This document shows, piece by piece, positions 8,711 to 19,369 of a DNA stretch of 64,000 nucleotides. The notes beneath the pieces were generated by a model, which was not told the DNA's origin, did not search any database, and saw only the letters and a list, made by a program, of their open reading frames with translations. The position numbers and the translations under genes were made by a program. The DNA is from Cyanobacteria bacterium P01_A01_bin.123 (lineage in GTDB: Bacteria; Cyanobacteriota; Cyanobacteriia; Phormidesmidales; Phormidesmidaceae), in contig JBCBZT010000006.1 of the NCBI GenBank assembly GCA_039815185.1, forward strand, positions 152,239 to 216,238. Direction: 5' to 3'. Numbering within the stretch: position 1 is the first letter of the stretch; every line of letters begins with the position of its first letter.

Positions 8711-10903
8711 ATGAATTCGATTACCCAACTCCGGACTCGTCTGCCGATCCCCTTACGCCGTCTTGCCGATTTGGCCTACAACTACTGGTGGAGTTGGACT
8801 ACCGAAAGGATTTCCCTGTTTAGCATCATTGCGCCGACCATGTGGAAAAATTGCCAGCATAACCCCGTCGCGTTGCTAGAGTCAGTTCCCTATGAACGGC
8901 TATCACAGGTGGCTGAAGATCCTCAATACCTCAGGCGTTTGGGGCGGTTAGCCCAGCAGTTTGATATCTATATGGCCGAGCAAGACACCTGGTCGAATCG
9001 AGTTGCGCCTCATATTTCCCCAGAACAACCCATTGCCTATTTTTGCGCCGAGTTTGGGATACATGAATCTCTACCGATTTACTGCGGTGGCTTAGGGGTG
9101 TTGGCAGGCGATCATCTTAAATCCGCCTCTGATTTGGGGGTGCCCATGGTTGGGATTGGATTGTTTTATCGCCAGGGCTATTTTCGCCAGCGGTTGAACC
9201 GCAGTGGTTGGCAAGAAGATCATTACGTTGATAATGACTTTGATCACATGCCCCTGGAACTGGTGCGCGATGAGTTTGGGCAACCCGTGACTGTGCGGGT
9301 GAACATTCGCCAGCGGTTGGTGCGGGTACAGGTTTGGCGGGCTCGTATTGGTCGGGTCGATTTATATCTCTTGGATACCGATCGCGAAGATAATGACACG
9401 ATTGATCGCTGGTTGACGGGCCATCTCTACGGCGGTAACCGAGAAACGCGTATTGGCCAAGAGATTTTACTGGGTATTGGCGGTGTGCGGGTGCTCAATG
9501 CGTTGGAAATTGAGCCATCGGTGTACCACCTCAACGAAGGCCATGCAGCCTTTGCGTTGTTAGAAGTGGCTCGCCATGAGATAGATTACGCCGGAGAGTC
9601 GTTTTACGATGTCGAAAGCCGGGTGCGCGATCGCGCGGTATTTACCACCCATACCCCCGTTCCTGCTGGAAATGACACCTTCTCTGCAGACATGGTGGAC
9701 TCCTTCTTTGCCGACTACTGGCCCCAACTCGGGTTATCGCGGGAGCAGTTCCAGGCATTGGGGGCACGGCGATTGGGCGATCCATGGGAGCCGTTTGGGA
9801 TGACCGTGTTAGCCCTGCGTCTTACTCGCACGGCTAACGGGGTGAGCAAAAAACATGGCGAAATTTCACGCCAAATGTGGAGTGCGCTCTACCCAGAGCG
9901 CAGTGAAGCTGAAGTGCCCATTGGCCACATTACTAACGGCGTCCATGCCCGCACCTGGATTGCCCCCTTGATCAGCGACCTTTATGACCAGTATTTGGGG
10001 GAAGGGTGGTCACAGCAAATCGGTAATGCCGAGATTTGGGCCAAGGTGGATACCATTCCCGATGCTGAATTGTGGCAGCGTCATTGCATCTTGAAAGAGC
10101 GGTTAATTGCCTACAGTCGCGATTGTGTGCGTCGATGTCGCCAAGATCGTGGAGAAGCCCCCGATGATGTGGCCGCCGTCGATCAACTGCTGGATCCCAA
10201 CACCCTGACCATCGGCTTTGCTCGTCGCTTTAGCCCCTATAAACGAGGCTACTTAATCTTTCGAGATTTCCAACGTTCGGTGCGGATTCTCTCCAATGCC
10301 AAGCGCCCAATTCAACTCGTTTTTGCAGGCAAGGCTCACCCCGCTGACGACGAAGGCAAACGAATTATCCAACGCTTGATGGAATGGTGTCGCCACCCAG
10401 CGTTAAGAGATCGGGTCGCCTTTGTCGAAGACTACGACATGACCACGGCTAAGTTAATGGTGCGCGGTGTAGATGTCTGGCTCAACAACCCTCGACGTCC
10501 GCTAGAAGCGTCGGGAACCAGTGGTCAAAAGGTATGCCTCAATGGCGGTATCAACTGTAGCGTACTCGACGGGTGGTGGTGTGAAGGTTACCAGCAAGAC
10601 CGTAAAGGTCGGGGAATCAATGGCTGGGTGATCGGAGAAGACGCCAATACCAGTGATCAAGAGCTGCAAGATCAAATTGACGCAGAGTCGTTATATAGCA
10701 TCCTTGAACGGGATATGGCACGGCTTTACTATGACCGTGATGCTCAGGGCATTCCCAAGGGCTGGGTGAAAATGATGAAAGCCTCTATACATACCTGTGC
10801 CCCGGTGTTTAATACCGATCGCATGGTAGCCGAATATGTGACCCGCATTTATGCGCCGGATGTTGCTGCTACAGAGCCGGTGTTGAGCAGTGTGATTGCA
10901 TAA
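8711..10903 (+). CDS. glgP: Alpha-glucan (glycogen) phosphorylase
   Basis: GGLGVLAGDHLK, HLNEGH, FTTHTP, GFARRF, EASGTSGQK. Confidence 0.95.
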   Translation: MNSITQLRTRLPIPLRRLADLAYNYWWSWTTERISLFSIIAPTMWKNCQHNPVALLESVPYERLSQVAEDPQYLRRLGRLAQQFDIYMAEQDTWSNRVAPHISPEQPIAYFCAEFGIHESLPIYCGGLGVLAGDHLKSASDLGVPMVGIGLFYRQGYFRQRLNRSGWQEDHYVDNDFDHMPLELVRDEFGQPVTVRVNIRQRLVRVQVWRARIGRVDLYLLDTDREDNDTIDRWLTGHLYGGNRETRIGQEILLGIGGVRVLNALEIEPSVYHLNEGHAAFALLEVARHEIDYAGESFYDVESRVRDRAVFTTHTPVPAGNDTFSADMVDSFFADYWPQLGLSREQFQALGARRLGDPWEPFGMTVLALRLTRTANGVSKKHGEISRQMWSALYPERSEAEVPIGHITNGVHARTWIAPLISDLYDQYLGEGWSQQIGNAEIWAKVDTIPDAELWQRHCILKERLIAYSRDCVRRCRQDRGEAPDDVAAVDQLLDPNTLTIGFARRFSPYKRGYLIFRDFQRSVRILSNAKRPIQLVFAGKAHPADDEGKRIIQRLMEWCRHPALRDRVAFVEDYDMTTAKLMVRGVDVWLNNPRRPLEASGTSGQKVCLNGGINCSVLDGWWCEGYQQDRKGRGINGWVIGEDANTSDQELQDQIDAESLYSILERDMARLYYDRDAQGIPKGWVKMMKASIHTCAPVFNTDRMVAEYVTRIYAPDVAATEPVLSSVIA

Positions 10904-10928
10904 AGGGGGATGGGTAAGGAATCAGGTG

Positions 10929-11795
10929 ATGGCAGCCATTAACATTTGGCAAGCAGATTTTTATCGTCGTCCTTTGCAAAGCAGCGATGGGCAACCCCTT
11001 TGGGAATTGCTGGTGTGTAGTGCTGATCAGCAGTTTACCTATGGTGCTACCTGTGAACAGTCCGCTGCCAATGCTCAGTGGTTGATTGACCAGTTGACTG
11101 TGGCAGTGGCGCGATGGTCAAAGGCTGGCTTGGGGGAATCATCGCATCAGCGGCCCGAGCAAATTCAGGTATTTCGTCCCCAAAGTTTAAGTCTGATTCA
11201 GGCTGCTGGGGAAAGCCTGGGCATTCTGGTGCAGCCAAACCGAGCTACACCTGCGTTAAAGCGCTGGTTAGGACAGCGGGCAACCTGGTATGCGACCTTA
11301 CCGGGCTACACTGGGGAAGCTTATGATCCATTAGCCATTGATCGACCGCCACCGAATCCTTTGCCAGAACATCTGTGGGGAGATCAGTGGCGGTTTGCGG
11401 CGATCGCCGCAAATGAATTCCAACAAACCTTTCCCTATGAACCGATTCCGGTTCAAGACTTGCCGGCAGAAAAACTGCCACTGGCTTTGGGGCTCTCTAG
11501 CACGACTTTAATTCCCGGTGTTGTGATTGACGCTGGACGGCAGGCTATGCCGCTGGCGCTTTGGCTACAAGCAGCACAACCGGTTTCACTTAATGCCATG
11601 GCAGGCGCACCGAATGGGCTAATTTTGGAAGCGGGCTTAGCGGATCGTTGGATTGTAGCCACCTTTGACGACGCGACAGTGACCACCGCCGCCAAAACTT
11701 TTGAACAGCGAAAACAACAAAGTCAAGGATTACACTTTTTGCTGGTGCGACCCGATGATTCAGGGATGACTCACACAGGAATTTGGTTGCTATGA
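10929..11795 (+). CDS. Tab2/Atab2 family RNA-binding protein
   Basis: IWQADFYRRP, WELLVC, GLILEAGLADRW, GLHFLLVRPDDSGMT. Confidence 0.85.
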   Translation: MAAINIWQADFYRRPLQSSDGQPLWELLVCSADQQFTYGATCEQSAANAQWLIDQLTVAVARWSKAGLGESSHQRPEQIQVFRPQSLSLIQAAGESLGILVQPNRATPALKRWLGQRATWYATLPGYTGEAYDPLAIDRPPPNPLPEHLWGDQWRFAAIAANEFQQTFPYEPIPVQDLPAEKLPLALGLSSTTLIPGVVIDAGRQAMPLALWLQAAQPVSLNAMAGAPNGLILEAGLADRWIVATFDDATVTTAAKTFEQRKQQSQGLHFLLVRPDDSGMTHTGIWLL

Positions 11796-11820
11796 GGGAA
11801 CTTTGAATTATCCCTTCTGG

Positions 11821-12261
11821 TTACGGTAATCCCTTTATCATACAGGTAGCGGCATCTGGGCAAAGCTCTCGAAATTGCGCCGTCTCCTTGATTGCAGGGG
11901 GAGCAGCGGCACGGTCAACGGTTGCGTAGCCTAACTTTGCGAAATAATCTTTTGCAGTTGTGGTTAGCAAGTACAGCGTTTTGACGCCTTGCTGCTGGGC
12001 ATAGCGTTCTGCATTGTCGACTAAAATCTTACCCAACTGCTTACGACGGTGGGGTTGGGCAACGGCCAGCGATCGCAGTAGCCCAACCTCTCCATAGCAT
12101 TCAACGCCAACGACGCCGACAATCACTCGCTCTGAAGCCGATCGCGCCGTCAAAAAGTGAGCCAGCTTTTGGGGGTTTAAATCACTGTGCGGCAGGGCAG
12201 ATTCATCTAACAGAGCCCGGACAGACGGCTCATCAGACGGATTGACGGGATAAATGTCCAT
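11821..12261 (-). CDS. arsN2: GNAT N-acetyltransferase, ArsN2-like
   Basis: GLLRSLAV, LYLLTTTA, QFRELCPDAATCM. Confidence 0.7.
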   Translation of the reverse strand: MDIYPVNPSDEPSVRALLDESALPHSDLNPQKLAHFLTARSASERVIVGVVGVECYGEVGLLRSLAVAQPHRRKQLGKILVDNAERYAQQQGVKTLYLLTTTAKDYFAKLGYATVDRAAAPPAIKETAQFRELCPDAATCMIKGLP

Positions 12262-12340
12262 AGATGATAAATTTAGCCGTTGCCAGCTGCTCTTAACAAA
12301 TTCAAAAGCGCTGCTCAGGGGAGTTTTGGAGGTCAGGCCT

Positions 12341-12706
12341 TTAGTTGAACACGTCTAGATCCAAAGCTTCAGAACCGCCTTCTTCCAAGGTTTTGAGATT
12401 GCGGCCAAGCTGTACCCACACCAATAGGCCAATCAATAAGGTCATGGGGAGTCCGAAGGCATAGGAGATCTTATCGGGTACGCCAAACAGCGATATTCCT
12501 GATGATAAGAACACACAGGTGCCAATACAAATACCAATAAACGGAACCATCAGGGATAATCCTTGGAGATTAGCCAGGGTCTGGGTGCTACGGTTAGCGG
12601 CCCAGTCTTTCACCCCTTGCTGCAGGGTAGCGCTAAAGGCAGCACCAGCCGCGATCGCCGACAGCAGGCCAGCAGCAACTAAAACGAATGGAGGATTGAA
12701 GTACAC
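12341..12706 (-). CDS. Conserved cyanobacterial membrane protein (about 3 TM)
   Basis: Hydrophobic segments; C-terminal GGSEALDLD. Confidence 0.7.
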   Translation of the reverse strand: MYFNPPFVLVAAGLLSAIAAGAAFSATLQQGVKDWAANRSTQTLANLQGLSLMVPFIGICIGTCVFLSSGISLFGVPDKISYAFGLPMTLLIGLLVWVQLGRNLKTLEEGGSEALDLDVFN

Positions 12707-12856
12707 GGGTTAAATGCCAGATATTTGTAAATGATTGTAAATCCTGGCCGATCACTTGATCAACTCGATCTTTAATGTCATTCAACTCTACAGTTTCCCC
12801 AGTAGGGGTGCAAAGCGCCGCGCCTCTAATCAGCCCTTAAATCAGATAGGGTTTGA

Positions 12857-14572
12857 CTACCGAGATGGAGATTGGAATGCCGTGGCCATATCTGCAACAT
12901 TAGGCACTAACGCCGCTGCTCGCTCCATAGAAAAGTCAGATATTGCTCCCCAAGCCGCCCCCAGCAAACGAGAAGGCGTCATCTCATCTTTGACGAGTTC
13001 CCAAAGCCGCTGCACCTCTTCGGTATGAATGCGGTCGTCATCAATTAGGGCAATCAACAGTTCACGCCGCAGATATTGGCCTTCTTCGGACATGAGATAT
13101 TGCAACCCCAAACTCGCCGTCGGAATCAGGTCAAAACTACCGCCTGAACGGGCGATGGTGAGCATGTTTTCCAACCGCTGCCACTGAAACTTGCCGTCTT
13201 TGAACAAGACTTCCAACAGCCGCTGTCTTAGGGAAGGCGTTTCCCCGGTTAATAGCCGTCGTGCCACATAGGGATAGGCAATATCAACGATTTTGAAGTT
13301 GGGGTTGAGGCTCAACGCCAAACCTTCTTGAGTGACCAACGAGCGGATGATCAAAGCAAACTTAGCGGGAACGCGAAACGGATAGTCGTACATCAGCTCC
13401 GAAAAGCGATCGGTGATGGTCTTAAAGTTAAAATCACCGACACTAGCCCCGACGGCATCGCCCAAGACAGCCTCTAGAGCTGGCAGGATAGGATGAATAT
13501 CAACATCTGGGGTCAAAAAGCCGAGTTTTACAAAATCCTGAGCCAGCCGTTCATAGTCTCGATTAATCAGATGAACCACAGAGTCAACTAGGGTTTCTTT
13601 AGTCTCCTGGTCAAGTTGATCCATCATGCCAAAGTCAATGAAGGCCATGCGGCCATCAGGCATAGCAAATAGGTTGCCGGGGTGAGGATCGGCGTGAAAA
13701 AAGCCAAATTCTAAAAGTTGCCGTAACCCAGAACTGACGCCAACTTCAATCAGCTCATCGCTGTCTAGCCCTGCCGCCTTCACTTTTTCCACATCGGTGA
13801 GTTTGCAGCCGTTAATCCACTCTAAAGTCAAAACTCGACGGCTGCTGTAGCGCCAGTAGATCGCAGGCACCTTAACTTTGGGGTCATCTTGAAAGTTAGC
13901 GGCAAAGGCTTCGGCATTACGGCCTTCATTCAGGTAGTCGATTTCTTCAAACAGCTTGCTGCCAAACTCATCGACAATCAGCGTTAAGTCATGACCCAAG
14001 TTGAGGGGCAAATAGGGAGACAACCAACCTGCTCCCAACCGCAGCAAAAACAGGTCTAGGGTAATGCGCGGCACCAAATTAGGACGCTGCACTTTGACTG
14101 CCACTTCTTCGCCACTGTAGAGGCGGGCGCGATAGACCTGGCCTAGGCTAGCAGCCGCAACGGGTTCACCTGATATAAAGCTGTAGGCTTCGTCTGGTGT
14201 CCGGCCAATTTCAGCCTCAATGATGCGAAAAGCAAGCTCCGTAGAAAAAGGAGGGAGCTGATCTTGTAACTTAATTAGCTCGTCTAGAAAATTTTGTCGA
14301 ACCAAATCTGGCCGGGTAGAGAGGGCCTGTCCAACCTTGATAAACGTCGGGCCTAAGTGGGTTAAAACGTTCCGGAGCTGAACAGCCCGTTTGCTTTTGT
14401 TGGCGTGTTCTTGTTTAAGCCAGCGATCGCACTGGAGGGCAAAAACAAAACTCCCCAAGAACCAAAGGATTTGTAAGGTTCGCCAAAGGACTTTCCAGGG
14501 TCGACGGCGATAGTACCGAGCAATGGCGGCTGCGTCGTACCGCCTCAACTGAGCAGACTGGGATTCGAGCAC
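12857..14572 (-). CDS. AarF/ABC1/UbiB family atypical kinase
   Basis: LGPTFIKVGQALSTRPD, AAASLGQVY, VAVKVQRP, FFHADPHPGN, DFGM. Confidence 0.95.
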   Translation of the reverse strand: MLESQSAQLRRYDAAAIARYYRRRPWKVLWRTLQILWFLGSFVFALQCDRWLKQEHANKSKRAVQLRNVLTHLGPTFIKVGQALSTRPDLVRQNFLDELIKLQDQLPPFSTELAFRIIEAEIGRTPDEAYSFISGEPVAAASLGQVYRARLYSGEEVAVKVQRPNLVPRITLDLFLLRLGAGWLSPYLPLNLGHDLTLIVDEFGSKLFEEIDYLNEGRNAEAFAANFQDDPKVKVPAIYWRYSSRRVLTLEWINGCKLTDVEKVKAAGLDSDELIEVGVSSGLRQLLEFGFFHADPHPGNLFAMPDGRMAFIDFGMMDQLDQETKETLVDSVVHLINRDYERLAQDFVKLGFLTPDVDIHPILPALEAVLGDAVGASVGDFNFKTITDRFSELMYDYPFRVPAKFALIIRSLVTQEGLALSLNPNFKIVDIAYPYVARRLLTGETPSLRQRLLEVLFKDGKFQWQRLENMLTIARSGGSFDLIPTASLGLQYLMSEEGQYLRRELLIALIDDDRIHTEEVQRLWELVKDEMTPSRLLGAAWGAISDFSMERAAALVPNVADMATAFQSPSR

Positions 14573-14852
14573 GCTGCGTTAAGCCTCCCGCACCAAAACA
14601 AGGGAACAGTATCGAACTTCGTCCCCATCCAAATTGATGGCTTTTGCTTGAGCTGAAGACTCAAGTTCATCAATCGAATGTAGCTATCCAGAAACGGCAC
14701 GACATGACCCCCAAAATTGGTACTGGTGAAATCAGTACGGTTGTGACTTGCTGAAACCCTTGAGCTTTAGCAAGCCTTCACGCTGTGGTTATCAAAAGCC
14801 TCTACAAAGGCTTTTCACAAATCATCGTGCCCTTAGGGACTCCCTTAATAAT

Positions 14853-14868
14853 AGTATAGACAACTACA
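14853..14868. promoter_or_regulatory. Candidate NtcA box overlapping a TATACT -10-like hexamer
   Basis: GTA-TAGACAAC-TAC (GTA-N8-TAC) at 14854-14867; minus strand reads TGTAGTTGTCTATACT. Confidence 0.35.
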
Positions 14869-15236
14869 AATAAGTCTGCTTTTAGAGGGTTTTTGGTTAA
14901 GTAATGTAATGTAACCCGAATCAGGTTTGTTGTCTGAAGACAACTCAATGAGAACGATTGAGGGATGTGTATGACGGCATTTGAATTCACTGATCTAAGC
15001 ATTCCTGATATCAATTTTTCTTTGCCAATGGCGAATAAACCACTTCTTGTTTAAAGACTTAGACAGGAAAGCAATTCCTTGAGTTTTGTAGCCGTAGCCA
15101 CAAAGCTTTGTGCGCTATTGCAAGTCAGATTGCTTGTGGCCCCAGCATCTTGACGATACTCGGTGCATTAAGCAATCTGGTCAGCGCTATACCCAGAAAC
15201 CCAAGGCAATAGGCAGGGTTTGAAGTCAACGGTTGC

Positions 15237-16379
15237 TCACACCAAACTTTCGGCTAAAGCATCCTTCAAGGTGTGGACAACCTTTTCTTGTTGCTCAGCG
15301 GTTAATTCTGGAAACATGGGCAATGACAGCACTTGATTGGCTGCCTGTTCGGTGTTGGGAAATTGTCCAGCTTTGTAAGGTAAATCGGCGTGGACGGCCT
15401 GTAGATGCAGCGGGATTGGATAGTACACCATGGAACTTACCCCTTCGCCTTGCATGTGCTGGCGGATGCGATCGCGCACCTCACTACTATCACTGGGGGC
15501 CGCCTCAATCAAAATTGTGTACTGGTTCCAAACGGCCTTACCCCCTTGACTCTCTGAGGGACACTGAATACCTGGAACTGGCGCAAGCAGCTGGTTGTAG
15601 CGCTTGGCAACAGTAGTGCGCTGCTGATTCCAATGCTCTAGGTGTTGTAGCTTGATGCTCAAAATAGCGGCTTGTAGGGCATCAAGGCGACTGTTAATGC
15701 CGATGGCGTCATGATAATACCTGACGCGGCTACCGTGTTCGGCAATCATTTTGGCGGTGTCGGCCAAGGTGCTATCAGCTGTGGTCAGAGCCCCCCCGTC
15801 GCCACAAGCGCCTAGATTTTTAGTAGGAAAGAAACTAAAGCAGCCGACATGGCCAATGCTGCCCACCCGTTGACCTTGCCACTCCGCACCTGTCGCCTGG
15901 GCACAGTCTTCAATCACCGGGAGATTATGGGCCGCTGCGATCGCCATGACCCGAGTCATATCGACTGGATGACCAAACAAATGCACTGGCATAATCGCCT
16001 TGGTGCGGGGTGTGATAGCAGATTCGATCTGGTCAACGTTCAAATTAAAGTTTGCCAGGTCGATGTCCACAAATACCGGGGTTGCCCCCACCGCACAAAT
16101 AGTTTCTGTGGTGGCAATGAAGGTAAACGGGGAGGTAATCACCTGATCGCCAGGGCCAATATCGAGGGCTCGCAGGGCTAAGTACAGCGCGTCGGTGCCA
16201 GAATTGCAAACGACGCAGTGGGGATGGCCAACGTAGGTGCCAAACTGTTCGGCAAAGGTTGAAACGACGGGACCATTGATATAACGCCCTGAGGCCAGTA
16301 CTTCCATCACAGCAGTACTGACAGCCGATTCTAGACCTTGATATTGTTGGGTTAAATCTAAGGGCGGGATAGTATTCAC
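15237..16379 (-). CDS. DegT/DnrJ/EryC1/StrS aminotransferase
   Basis: NSGTDAL, EDCAQA, SFFPTKNLGACGDGG, NSRLDALQAA. Confidence 0.92.
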   Translation of the reverse strand: MNTIPPLDLTQQYQGLESAVSTAVMEVLASGRYINGPVVSTFAEQFGTYVGHPHCVVCNSGTDALYLALRALDIGPGDQVITSPFTFIATTETICAVGATPVFVDIDLANFNLNVDQIESAITPRTKAIMPVHLFGHPVDMTRVMAIAAAHNLPVIEDCAQATGAEWQGQRVGSIGHVGCFSFFPTKNLGACGDGGALTTADSTLADTAKMIAEHGSRVRYYHDAIGINSRLDALQAAILSIKLQHLEHWNQQRTTVAKRYNQLLAPVPGIQCPSESQGGKAVWNQYTILIEAAPSDSSEVRDRIRQHMQGEGVSSMVYYPIPLHLQAVHADLPYKAGQFPNTEQAANQVLSLPMFPELTAEQQEKVVHTLKDALAESLV

Positions 16380-16478
16380 TCACTCACACCAAATCACAGT
16401 TGCGGTAGCCTATGGGCACCGCCTTTATCATCGCCCATCTGATTGATTTGTTGGAACCCTTTGGGACAATTTATTCCG

Positions 16479-17264
16479 ATGACCGCTGAACCGTTATACC
16501 AACTGGATACTGGGCGATTGTTGGGGGCGTTAGGGTTGATCGCGATCGCGCTGGGGCTCTCTAGCTGGCAACGCCTGGGTTTGACTTGGAATCTGGCCCT
16601 AGCCACTGGACGCACGCTATTGCAGCTGGGGGCAGTGGGCTATGTTTTGGCCGTCGTGTTTGACTGGGGTAACCCCTGGATAACCTTAGCTGTGCTGCTG
16701 CTATTGCTAACCATGGCAGCGATTGTCACCCGTAACCGCATCAGCCAGAAGGTTCCTCGGCTGCTGCCTGTGGTGTGGGGCAGTTTGGCAGTGAGCTTGT
16801 TGTTGACACTGACCTACACGATTGGGGTGGTGATTCAGCCCGAAGCGCTGTTTGACCCCCGCTACTGGATTCCGTTGGCTGGGGGCGTGTTGGGGCATGC
16901 CATGGGCAGCGCTGGGATTGCGGGGGAACAGCTCGTCTCGACTTTGAATCAGCATCGCCTCGATATTGAAACCCATCTGAGTTTGGGGGCGACGCCCCAG
17001 CAAGCGATCGCGGTCTATACGCGTCAAGCTATTCGGGCTGCCGTACTGCCGACGTTGAACACAATGGCAATTGTAGGCATCGTCAGTTTACCTGGCTTTC
17101 TCTCAGGGCAACTGCTGGGGGGCGTTGAACCGCTTAATGCTGCGGCTTATCAAACCCTGCTGATGCTGATGCTGGCGTTTTCGTCTTTGCTGGCATCGTT
17201 ACTGGTGACAGCTGGGATTCGGCAGCGATGCTTTAATCGGGCAGCACAGTTGATATTGCCTTAA
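16479..17264 (+). CDS. fetB: FetB/UPF0014 family ABC transporter permease
   Basis: RTLLQL, LSLGATP, GIVSLPG, AAAYQ; multi-TM. Confidence 0.75.
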   Translation: MTAEPLYQLDTGRLLGALGLIAIALGLSSWQRLGLTWNLALATGRTLLQLGAVGYVLAVVFDWGNPWITLAVLLLLLTMAAIVTRNRISQKVPRLLPVVWGSLAVSLLLTLTYTIGVVIQPEALFDPRYWIPLAGGVLGHAMGSAGIAGEQLVSTLNQHRLDIETHLSLGATPQQAIAVYTRQAIRAAVLPTLNTMAIVGIVSLPGFLSGQLLGGVEPLNAAAYQTLLMLMLAFSSLLASLLVTAGIRQRCFNRAAQLILP

Positions 17265-19093
17265 ATGGACTGCCGATAATCGGTCAATAGCTCAAGCAAA
17301 TAGTCGTAGCCGTCGACGCCGATTTGGGGCAATAATTGGGGGCGGTGACTGGCCAGGTGGGCTTGGAAAGCTTCCGGGCCGAGTTGTCCGTAGAGGATAC
17401 TCAAGAGTCCGGCGGGTTGTCGCCATTGGGAAGAGTTGATCTGGTGCAGGGTATACATGGCCAAGCTACCCGTGTAGATAGCCAGTTCGAAGTTGCTTTG
17501 ACCGCGATAGGCTTCGGCTAGGTAGGCACAGTTGAGACCTTGTAGGAAGCGATCGCCGATGGCTTGGGCCACCATCAGTCCTTTTTGTAGGGACTCGATA
17601 GCCACGTCGTACTGTCCGAGCATCACCTGGGCGACGCCTAAGCTATGGCTGCATAGGGCTTGACTGGGGCGATCGCCCAATTCATCGCATAAAGCCAAGC
17701 CCCGCTGGAGAGAATCCAGCATGTTTACGTAACGCTCGGGGTCGAGGGTCGTGGCTTTGGCCTGAAAAACTTCGCTGTAACCCAGATTAGCTAGGGCATT
17801 GGCTTCTCCCAATCGATCGCCGCTTTGGCGGGCTAGAATTAGCGCCCGTTGGCTGCTGTCAATGGCGGCAGCGTAGTCCCGTTGGCGCACTCGTGTGCGG
17901 CTCAGGTGGTTGAGGTTAGCGATTTCACAGGGGCGATCGCCTGCTTCCCTGGCGATGTCTAGGGCGTGTTGGTGGAACTGCAGCGCCTGTTCATATTGGC
18001 CTACCGCCCGTTGGGAATAGCCCAGCAGCGTCAAGATGCGGGCCTTACTTTGGGTGTTAGCAGCTTGGCGGAGGGGTTGGTCGAGGTAGTTTAGCAGGGT
18101 ATCTAAAGATTCCCCTGACAATGCAGCAAACAATCCGCCGTAGAGGGGAAAGTAAGTTTGCTGGGCAAATTGATAGAGGACTTGCAGGGCCATCTGAAAA
18201 CAGCCAGCGGCGAGTTGGGGTTGGCTCAGCTGGGTAAACCGCTGCCAAAGTTGGCTCCACACCACAGAGAAAGTGAGAAATGTCGCAATGGACAACCGCT
18301 TACCCGCTTGCGGATCATAGGGTTGCTTATCAAACCAGGCAACTAGGCCCAACTGCAACCGTTGCAACACAACGGCCATTTCGACCCAGTGGGTCACTGT
18401 CACTAAAGTTGGTATTCCCGCCGCAGTCACGGTTTGGTGCTGCCCTAGATCGGCAAATAGCTGCTTCAGTGGCGATTGGTTCACCACCTTAGACCAATAG
18501 GTCCACGGGCTACGCGATTCAACAGTATTGCCAAACCCCAAGGTCCGCTGACTACCGTAAACCCATCCAATCAAGTCGCCTTGGAGGGATTGCCAGGTTT
18601 GCAACCCCTGGCTTAACCCCCGACCTAATTCGACCAGGGGCATAGGAGAAGGCTGACCATCATCAGGAGATTGTTGCAACTGCTGAGCCAGTTGATGCAG
18701 TTGGTCGCGGTTGAGCCATTCGCTTTGGTTCGGATCGAGGGCTAACAGCAACTGGCTCAGACGTTCATCCGGGGGAATCGTCGCGATCGCGTTTAGCAAT
18801 CCCGCCATCACAGCACTGGTTTGATTTTCTTGCTGCCAGCGCTGCCACTCCGATTGAATGGTCTTGAGGGCACGTTGCTTGCGGATAGCCTTGGCTTGCT
18901 TAAGGTCGTCGTCTGATGTGAGTTGACCCTGTATGCTTTCGCTATAGGCTTGTAACCCCCGTTCAAAAATCTCTCCCGTGCCCGGCTCAATGCCAGCCTG
19001 CAGCATATCGTAGACCTGGGCCTTTGAGCGAATTTGACCCTTGAGGGTTGCCGTCACAATTTGCTCAATTAATGCCTCGTAGCGATCGCCCAT
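17261..19093 (-). CDS. Tetratricopeptide repeat protein
   Basis: C-terminal TPR units (LGYSQRAVGQYEQAL, GEANALANLG). Confidence 0.8.
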   Translation of the reverse strand: MGDRYEALIEQIVTATLKGQIRSKAQVYDMLQAGIEPGTGEIFERGLQAYSESIQGQLTSDDDLKQAKAIRKQRALKTIQSEWQRWQQENQTSAVMAGLLNAIATIPPDERLSQLLLALDPNQSEWLNRDQLHQLAQQLQQSPDDGQPSPMPLVELGRGLSQGLQTWQSLQGDLIGWVYGSQRTLGFGNTVESRSPWTYWSKVVNQSPLKQLFADLGQHQTVTAAGIPTLVTVTHWVEMAVVLQRLQLGLVAWFDKQPYDPQAGKRLSIATFLTFSVVWSQLWQRFTQLSQPQLAAGCFQMALQVLYQFAQQTYFPLYGGLFAALSGESLDTLLNYLDQPLRQAANTQSKARILTLLGYSQRAVGQYEQALQFHQHALDIAREAGDRPCEIANLNHLSRTRVRQRDYAAAIDSSQRALILARQSGDRLGEANALANLGYSEVFQAKATTLDPERYVNMLDSLQRGLALCDELGDRPSQALCSHSLGVAQVMLGQYDVAIESLQKGLMVAQAIGDRFLQGLNCAYLAEAYRGQSNFELAIYTGSLAMYTLHQINSSQWRQPAGLLSILYGQLGPEAFQAHLASHRPQLLPQIGVDGYDYLLELLTDYRQSI

Positions 19094-19369
19094 CGTTATC
19101 CCAGAATGGCTTACCGTTTTAGCCTAACGTATCAGCCTTAAAGGATAAGGGAGAGTATGGGGAACGGGACGGCATAGGAGCAGGGGGACAACACTTGCAT
19201 GTTTGGGCAAGAATGTGTCACTTTTCAGGACAACTACCTTGGTCACGTCTGAGTCAGCGTCTCAGACCGTAAATCTTCCCCCAGCTCGTTGAGTTGGATC
19301 GGGCGTAGCAAGGCTCAGCCATAAAGCTTTTCGCGTTTAATTGATGATATGCCCTAGCCTCTAACGCCT

